Positions 55,691-64,000 of a stretch of DNA of 64,000 bases are shown here, piece by piece. Within the stretch, counting starts at the first letter, position 1; each line of letters starts with the position of its first letter. The stretch is from Octopus sinensis. Lineage: Eukaryota. The stretch spans positions 88,908,001 to 88,972,000 of the forward strand of contig NC_043004.1 in the NCBI RefSeq assembly GCF_006345805.1, in the 5' to 3' direction. The notes under the pieces are model-generated. The model did no database searches and was not told where the DNA came from. It was given only the letters and a program-made list of their open reading frames with translations. Made by a program: the position numbers and the translations under genes.

Positions 55691-55745
55691 TACATACATA
55701 CATACATACATACATACATACATACATACATACATACACACACGC
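54800..55745. repeat. Compound (AT)/(CA)/(CATA)n microsatellite
   Basis: Directly visible; it explains the long low-complexity ORFs at 54810-55807. Confidence 0.95.
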
Positions 55746-56212
55746 TCTATACATGGTGGTAATTGATTTTTCCTCCTTGTTAATAGACCAAACTTCAAAT
55801 TAGCCATTGGGGTGTCTTTCTCAAGCTAAGTTACAGCAGGAAAATTATTGGTTTCTACTGTTATTGCTTCTTTGACAAACAGATCGATGCACCATAAAAT
55901 TAAACGCTAATCACTAAAAAACGCATGTAATCAACAGAAAAGCAACTTCAGGATTCTGAATCAAACCATAAATACCTGTGTCATTCATAATAAAACAAAA
56001 GTATAATAAAATTAAAAAATAAATGCAGAAGAAATTGAATATAATATATTCACTATATTTCGTAAACAATTTCATATTTGTGGATTTTGTTAGGTTTTTG
56101 AGATTTTCCTTTTTAATAGATATATTTTGAGGTTGAATTTTTTTCTTCAATCATTTATTATTATTATTGTTTGTTGTTGTTGTTGTTCTTCTTCTTCTTC
56201 TTCTTCTTCTTC

Positions 56213-56243
<31 letters not shown>

Positions 56244-56940
56244 CATCATTATTGCTATTAAAAGAAACCTTCGGCTTTTCATATTATTGCATTTTCCATT
56301 TAAAACAATATCTATTAATGTGAATTTTCCATAATTTAGATTTGTACTACACACACACATATATATATTCACACTTATACATACAAACATGCACACGTGT
56401 GCACACAGGTATTGAGACACACAGATACACACACATATATATATTTATATATACATACATATAAATGTGTGTGTGTATATGTGAGTATGTGTATATATAT
56501 ATATATATATATATGAGCTTTAGTTTAGTTAAAATATATTTGAAACATATTCTTACATCTAAATGTAAAATCATTGCAGTTACCTTGGAGAAAAACATTT
56601 TCTCTTATGGTAACATATGTGAAAATATCATATGTGCTAAGTGCATCTCATTTCTGGCTCTTTAGCCTTCCTCAATGGAAAATACCAAAGAGAGGTAACT
56701 CTGGGTAGATTCAAAGCTGTAGCTTTAACTAAAAAGACAGTCAACATCAATGACTTAGTTACTGTACTGGACCACCAGGTCGGAATCAAAATAGTAGCAT
56801 CAGCACCAAGCAGTAATTACAAATAAACAAACTTTAGGTTAGTTAAGTTAAAATACATCACAAACATATTTTAACTAACCTAAAGTTCATTTATTCTAAA
56901 TCACTGCTTGGTGCTGTTGCTGCGATGTATATATATATAT

Positions 56941-57082
56941 GTTTTTTCTGTGTACCTTTCTGTAGAAGAGCGTAGGCTCGAAACGTAAAAGACTTTTTTC
57001 TATTCCTGAGCGCTATACTAATACATCTGTTTGTTTGTACACCACCTGCCTTCATCTTTTGTTTATTTTCGTAAACTTTCCC
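56941..57082 (+). mobile_element. Related short element with minimal HHR (56956-56991; core A6 mutated)
   Basis: CTTT CTGTAGA A GAGC-gtag-GCTC GAAA CGT A AAAG. Shares ttcctgagcg downstream with the 20325 family. Flanked by (AT)n. An inverted fragment of its 3' part lies at about 33616-33665. Confidence 0.55.
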
Positions 57083-57385
57083 TTTATATATATATATATA
57101 TATATAAAACTTACTTGGAAAAAGATGCATGGAATTCAATCATATAATAATATAAATAATATATATATATACGTACATATATGTACATACCTACATATAT
57201 ATGTATATATACATGCATATATGGGTACAGGACATCAAAAAAACGTTGAACACAATGAGAAACGAAAACATAAAAACAAAAACATAGAAACAAACTTTTT
57301 TCAAACAACAATAAAAAGAGTACAAGACATACAACACAAGGAATATTGCCCTTCTTCAGTTGTCCCTGTTTCATTGACTCCACGT

Positions 57386-57434
<49 letters not shown>

Positions 57435-57502
57435 GTCCTATATTTCTGGACTGCCATATTAGCTTGGCGATAACTATTAATATATATATATATAAATAAT
57501 GT

Positions 57503-57915
57503 ACATTTAAACACATAAGAGGTAACCATCATAGGAAACCTAGCACGCTAGAAGGAATAGCCAAAATCCAAATCACTATTAGGGATAAATTTCGAAGGGA
57601 ATGAAAAATAAAAACATTTACCATCTTTCTCCTGGACAATGGTTTCTAGCTCTATATTAGCAAATAAAATAATTTGCCAGGTGGAGCTTTCGTATTTATA
57701 TGTTTAATCTTGGCGTACCTGTTGATGAAAGCTCCATCTGGCAAATTATTTTATTTGCTAACATAGAGCTAGAAACCATGGTCCAGGAGATAGATGGTGA
57801 ATGTTTTTATTTTTCATTCCTTTCGAAATTTATCCCTAATAGTGATTTGGATTTTAGCTATTCCTTCTAGTGTGCTAGGTTACCTATGATGGTTACCTCT
57901 TATGTGTTTAAATGT
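57503..57915. repeat. Inverted repeat (~190-bp arms, 35-nt spacer) with an HHR-like motif at the inner end of the right arm (57718-57787)
   Basis: Arms 57503-57691 and 57727-57915 are reverse complementary with scattered mismatches. Motif: CCTG TTGATGA A AGCTC...GAGCT A GAAA CCATGGT C CAGG. Confidence 0.8.
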
Positions 57916-58086
57916 GTACTGTATTCATATGAATAATATATAGTCTATGGACTAATTTTTCTACACGCTAGGCCACTGGAAGTAAAAATTTCTAAAGTTT
58001 TTTCCTACCCTGATATTATTAATTATATATGTATGTATGTATGTAAATTATACATACACACACACATATATATAGACATACATGCA

Positions 58087-58283
58087 TGACTGCATGTGTA
58101 CCGTTGGCGATTTTCTTTCTCTGTCTTCCCTTCTTTGGACATTTTCTATATTTCTGATGAAGAGCTCCGCTCGAAACGTGAAATCGTCTTTCTTTTCTTT
58201 CCTTTCCTAAGAGTCCAATAACACTGTACTTATTCCAATGTCCTCAGGTTGTTTTTTCTTGCTTGTTCATGTTTGGATTAACT
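58087..58283 (+). mobile_element. Second copy of the ~195-bp HHR-bearing element (HHR at 58150-58184, GUG site)
   Basis: Shares its start (tgac..gtgtaccgttggcg) and end (catgtttggattaact(AT)n) with 20325-20520. Motif: ATTT CTGATGA A GAGC-tcc-GCTC GAAA CGT G AAAT. Confidence 0.65.
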
Positions 58284-58689
58284 ATATATATACATATATA
58301 TATACATACATGCACACACAGGGGAGCACGTAAATGCAAAATACGGTGGAAAAGATAGTATTTGAATACCAAAGGTAGAGTAATATGCTGTTATTAAAAC
58401 TGCAATATCACAAGGCTGTTACACAATTTCACATTCCCATTCATCAGACAGTTTTGATGATATATAGTGTGTGAAGATGCATGTGGTTAGAATGTTGACT
58501 TCACAACCATTACATCAAGGGTTCAGTTCTTGAATAGGCTGCTGTATTGCATGTTTCAGCATGGCACTTCGTTTCTCAATGCTCCAGTCCACTCAGCTGA
58601 AATACAATGCCAGTAACAGCTGGGGAGAAGTTTAAACTTGTAAGTAACTGATACCTTGTTCAAAGATGAGAAGATGCTTGTACTCTGAG

Positions 58690-60890
58690 TTGTAGAATTT
58701 CCACAGAAACTTCAATATATTTTACCATGAGTTCACTCTAGCTACTATCCTTTCAGAGCAGACCATTTCCTTTACTGATTTCATCCCCTAGGTGACAAAA
58801 ACTATCAACTACTTCATCTGGGCATTTAGGAGACTCAGTTTCCTGTGTACTCTTATGAACTGTGCATTTACTGCATATGAAGCTTACATTTTCTGACAGT
58901 CTGCCAGTGATTCCAGATCTTTTGTGTGTCCATAGCTTACACTGAGTACAGCATATGGAGTTTATACTTACTCCTTTGATGCATATTGATCAAGCTATTT
59001 TCCTGAAGCTACGAAGGTCCTGTCTCCTTTCATGCCAACTAAAACCTTAATCTTTATTAGGTTTACCTTAAGGCCTCTCGAATCCAGGTTATGTTTTCGT
59101 GCCTGGGAACTTCTCTAAGCCCCATATGAATTCAGCTATAAGAACTAGATCATCAGCATAAAGGAGTTTCCTATGGGTTGTCAGTCTTAAACTCCTCTCT
59201 GATGACTTGTAGGACTATGATGAATAGGAAAGGATGGAGAGCTGAACCTTGATGGACTCCTAACTTCATCCTAGTTATTGCCACCTCGTTTTACTTGCTG
59301 CATCCTTCTGCATAACTTGAACTGCCTGCACAAGCCATTCATCTACTCCTAATTTCCTCAGTACCCACCAGATTATTGGATGTGTTACTCTGTCAAATGC
59401 TTTCTCAAAATGAAAAGCCAGGTATAAAGGTTTATTCTTAACCAGGTATTTCTCCTGTAGTTACCTCATGAAGATCGAATCTGTGGTGTCTCTTTCAGGT
59501 TCAGAACCAAACTGCATCTCATCCAGGTCTACTCTATCACAGATCAACTGGGATATGACTTCCCCCATGACCTCCATAACTTGATCAAGAAGTTTGATTC
59601 CCAATAGTTGCTTTTCCCTAAGGCATCACTTTTGCCCCTGTAGCATTTTACAATGATACTGCTATGCCAGACATTGGCTATGACATCTTCCTGAATGACT
59701 TGATTAACTTTCCACTTGGTAATCTTGCACACCAGTTCACCAGATATTTTGAGCATCTCTGAAACTACCTTTGACAGACACACAGCTTTCACTCCTCTTT
59801 AGATCCTTAATCACTTTATCTACCACATTGCTGTCAACCTGGATTGCTTGGGTCACTTAGAGATAATCCATGTTTATCTCATGCATTCTCCACATTCAGT
59901 AACCTTTAATAATAGCAATCCCATGCCAGTTTCTTTTGTTGCATATTGATGGTGAGTTTTCTCTCATCATTATAACTTCTTGCTTCTCTCTCATACATTG
60001 TCTTATAATCCTGAACACCTTACACCCTCGTGTTGCAGGATATGTAAATCTCTTCTTTCTGCCTCACTTTGAGCCAAATATACCTGACACTTAAATATCC
60101 TTCTAATCCTTACGTAGTGCTCCTTACTACCGCCATCTTTCTAGTCTTTCTAAGCCGGTCTCTTAGCCTTTACTACCTCATCACTCTACCACCATGGGAC
60201 TTTGCTCCAGCCTCATGTCAGATCTGTAGTCCTAAAACAGGTTATCACAAAATTCCCAGATGCTGTATATTCAACAAGTATCTAAATCTTTTTCCATGCA
60301 GTTATGTGTGTCATTTACAATTTCTCTAAACGTATTCTCAATTGCTGTATCCTTTCTTCTCCATGCTGTTTTTCTTTTCTGCAATCCACCAAGTTCTGAC
60401 ACAGAAATCACTACCCCTTAATCTGTGTTGCATATTGCATTCTTCAACAGGAACGGTTTTGATATTCACAATAACCACTTCTGTCCTGTTTCCTGCTGAG
60501 AATGTAAGCAATCTAATGGGTGTTCACTAGATTCATAGGTGATGAACTGGTTGGGTAGTTTCTTAAAGAGTGTGTTGCAAATTGTTAGATCAGTTGTAGC
60601 GCAAAACTCATTAAATGATGATGATGAGTTTATTTGAATATTCCTTCCATCTTACTTCTTGCACACAACACACATCCACTCATCACTGCAATATCATTAG
60701 ACCTACCGTTCATTGCACCTCTGTTTAAAGTTAGTGCCTTAATGTTTTGGAACCTACAGAAGAAAAGGGCCAGTCTTCTGTTGTAAGGCTGTCTGGTTCT
60801 TTGTTGATCACAATTTGGTTGCATCTGTATCTGTGAGGAATAAGAGAAGTTTGGCCATACTTGGCCAGCAGATGGTAGACTGACATTCAT
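58690..60890 (-). mobile_element. Degenerate RTE-clade LINE (APE endonuclease and reverse transcriptase remnants)
   Basis: LYADDL at 59146-59163; YRGKSDALGKSNY (consensus-like GKGDALERGNYRG); ICNTLFKK...ITY endonuclease-region motif near 60500-60590. Many stops. Confidence 0.8.
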
Positions 60891-61681
60891 GAATAATTTT
60901 CCCTTTCATTAAAATTGTCATCATTCATTCATTTATTCCCCACCATTTATACATACATTAGACACTCTTCCAAAATAAATAAATAAAATCTTCAATAAAT
61001 AAAATCAGAAAATAAATAGCTAGGATAGGCTTCCATATGCCCAAATGCAATGAATATTGGTACATTTTCTATTGATCCCAAAAAGGATGAAAATGAAAGA
61101 TGACCTCTGCAGGATTTGAACTCAGAACAAATACCACAAGGCTCTAATTTTCAGCCATAATTATTTAGAAAGCACCAACCAAAATACCTCAACTCATTCC
61201 ACTCACATTACTGTAGATGCTTTACTTTCATTGCCTTAAGGAATCACACATCTTTCATATGATTCATAGAGGTTACCTGCTGTCAGAATCCTTCTTAACA
61301 TAAATACATGATCTTTTGTAATCCTTTCAACACTGCTTCAAATGCTACCCCTAACTCAGCTTCCACATGAATTATGTTATCAGGATGACAAAACTTATTT
61401 GCTGTTTCTGTTGAACCCTTTAAGAGAGAAGCAAAGAATAGGAAGCTTACCAATGTTTTATACAAAGAGGATCATTAGAAATTAATAAAAAATGTAAGAC
61501 TTGGTTGTGTGGTTAAGAAGTTTCTTTCCCAACCACTTGGTTTTTGCTGCAGTTCCACTTTGTGATACCTTCAGCAAGTGTCTTGTACTCAGCTCCACAT
61601 GACAAAGTTTCGTGGACACCTAGGGCATGGCTATCTCATCAGATGCTAGAATTTTCAATTGTCTGATGAGATGACCATACA

Positions 61682-61726
<45 letters not shown>

Positions 61727-64000
61727 CATGAGATCACATGACCAACCAGGCTATCAGATGTTGCTACACATCACTGGTCACAATGCGCTTCACATTGTTT
61801 TAACCTTCAAATGACGCCAACCCGCTGGCTAAGCGAGAAGGCCAACAGAAGAAAGTTGCGGCAAAAGAGTACACCAGGGATCACCACCACCCCCTACCGG
61901 AGCCTTGCGGAGCTTTAGGTATTTTCGCTCAATAAACATTCACAACGCCCGGTCTGGGAATCGAAACTGCGATCCTATGACCACGAGTCCGCTGCCCTAA
62001 CCGCTGTGCCATTGCACCTCCACATATATATATATATATACATATATATATAGGTACAGGTGTGGCTGTGTGGTAAGAAGTTTGCTTCCCAACTATATGG
62101 TTTCAGGTTCAGTCCCACTGTGTGGCACCTTGGATAACTGTCTTCTACTATAGCCTCAGGTAGACCAAAGCCATGTGAGTGGATTTGGTAGATGGAAAAT
62201 GAAAGACGCCAGTCATGTGTGTATGTGTCTACATCAGTCCCCCAAAACTGCTTGACAACTGGTGTTAGTTTCTTTATGTCCTTATAACTTAGCAGTTCAG
62301 CAAAAGAGTCCAGACTAGCTTCCTGCAGCTTCTGTCAACCAAATTTACCCACAGAGCATTAGCTGGCCCAGGACCATAACACAAGACGCCAAAGTTCAGT
62401 GCAGTGTGATTGAACATGAAACTACATGGTTGTCAAGTAAACTTCTTAACCTCTCAGCTGTGCATGTGTCTGTGTGTATGAACATTTACGTTCTGTGTTT
62501 CACATGAAGGCACTGAACTAAAAATCATGGATATTAGTTGGTATCCCTTGACACAAAAAAAATAATCATTTCCTTGCTGTGTTTTCGAAGATGAGCAGAA
62601 TAAAAAAAAACAAGATAACTTACTTTAAAAAAAAGCAAAGCCTAACAGCAGGAAAGGCACCCACCTTTCCTATCATGGAAAACCCAGGTGTAAAAATGAA
62701 CGAATGAAGTACACTCTGCTTCAAACTTTTATAAATTAGATTGTTCTACGAATAAATTTTTGATTTTTAAATGCATTCCAATATAATGATTTCTGTAAGA
62801 TCTTTTAAGGTTTTGATTTATAAGAGACGATGATGGAATGTTATTGGTGTTCTGGAGCATACCATTAAGCAGAGGAATACATGTCACATTATATCATTTG
62901 TCATGCCCTTATTAAGTCAATACCTCACAGCATGTGAGAAATCAATATATTATAAATCATAATTTGTAAGTGAACAAGCTAAAGTCATATAACGGCAATA
63001 AATCTGTGAAACAGATCAATAACAAAACAGGAAGAGAACAATTTTGTACTTGATTGAACTGGAATACCGTGTTCTTCAAACCAAATTCAAGGGAAGTAAT
63101 TCTTCATATCATCTGTTTCATTAAAACCCAAACAATTGCAATTGTTCTTAATAATCAATCAATCAATCAAATGAAGAGTTTGATACAAAATTTCTTAAAA
63201 AATAACACAACCAAAATAAAATAAATGATGCCAGAAATTTATTTTTTTTATCAAAAAATACACTCCTTTGAAAATTTGGAAAAAAAAAATGAAAATAAAA
63301 AAAAACAATTGTATTTGTGACATAAAACTTGAAATGGGGGGAGAGTGGAGCGGGGGAAAAAAAAAGAAAAAAAATCGATGATTGTTTGATAAATTTGTAA
63401 TGTTATGTCAGAGTTCCACATATTGAACACTTTAATAATTTGAGGTTTCCTTTCAGTATGTCTGGTAATCAGCTGAGATTTATGACTGATCCAGAATTAA
63501 ACCTTTATCACATTAGCATAACAAGAATGGTATTCATAACCCTCCCCTCCCCCCGCCTCACACAAACACACACATACAAATCCACTATCACTAATGAATA
63601 AAACTCTTCCTCTCTCTTTTGCTAATATTTTCAAATGTTTGTAATACAATAACATCATCCTTTTTTAAACTCCCACCCCTCTTTTAATGGTCCTCTTCAA
63701 TATTATATAATAATGATAACTGTGTCTTGCATTGACCCAAAGCCTGAAAATTTCAAAAGAGAAGGAATATAAGTTGATTGAGTCTACCCACAAATGGTTC
63801 TATTTTATTTAATTTTATTGGCTTCAGAGAGACGAAAGGGAAAGTTGACATCCCTTACTCCTACCAGAGGGACTTGAAATCAAACAGCAAAGGGATAAAA
63901 CTATTCTATAGCATCTGTCTGTTGCAATATCATCACTGTTACTAGCCTATAATAATAATAATAAGGATTTACAATTTTGGCACAAGGCCAGAAATTTCAA

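Overview
AT-rich, repeat-dense eukaryotic DNA. The SINE families and (TATG)n/(AT)n/(ATT)n microsatellites resemble octopus (coleoid cephalopod) DNA; this is an inference. Only one host gene is supported: the last two coding exons (24961-25190 and 27055-27318, + strand) of a Cys-loop GABA-receptor subunit of the GRD/CG8916 ('GABA receptor alpha-like') type, covering M2-M3, the intracellular loop and M4. I found no upstream exon, so 1-24960 is probably one long intron. The rest is SINEs, microsatellites and decayed Ty3/Gypsy, Tc1, RTE, CR1-like and Helitron-like fragments. Almost all listed ORFs are microsatellite or repeat artefacts. The main unexplained signal is about 17 type I hammerhead-ribozyme (HHR) motifs, found by manual folding, in several unrelated short repeat families. 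They include intact canonical cores, a G3:C8 core-swap variant, a recurring variant with A.A at the base of stem II, minimal motifs with palindromic stem III showing stem I covariation, and a tandem HHR-spacer-HHR unit of about 471 nt. Most long inverted repeats in the window have an HHR at their inner end. Together this suggests a Penelope-like/retrozyme-type system of non-autonomous ribozyme-bearing elements. All structures were folded by eye; none was computed or tested.
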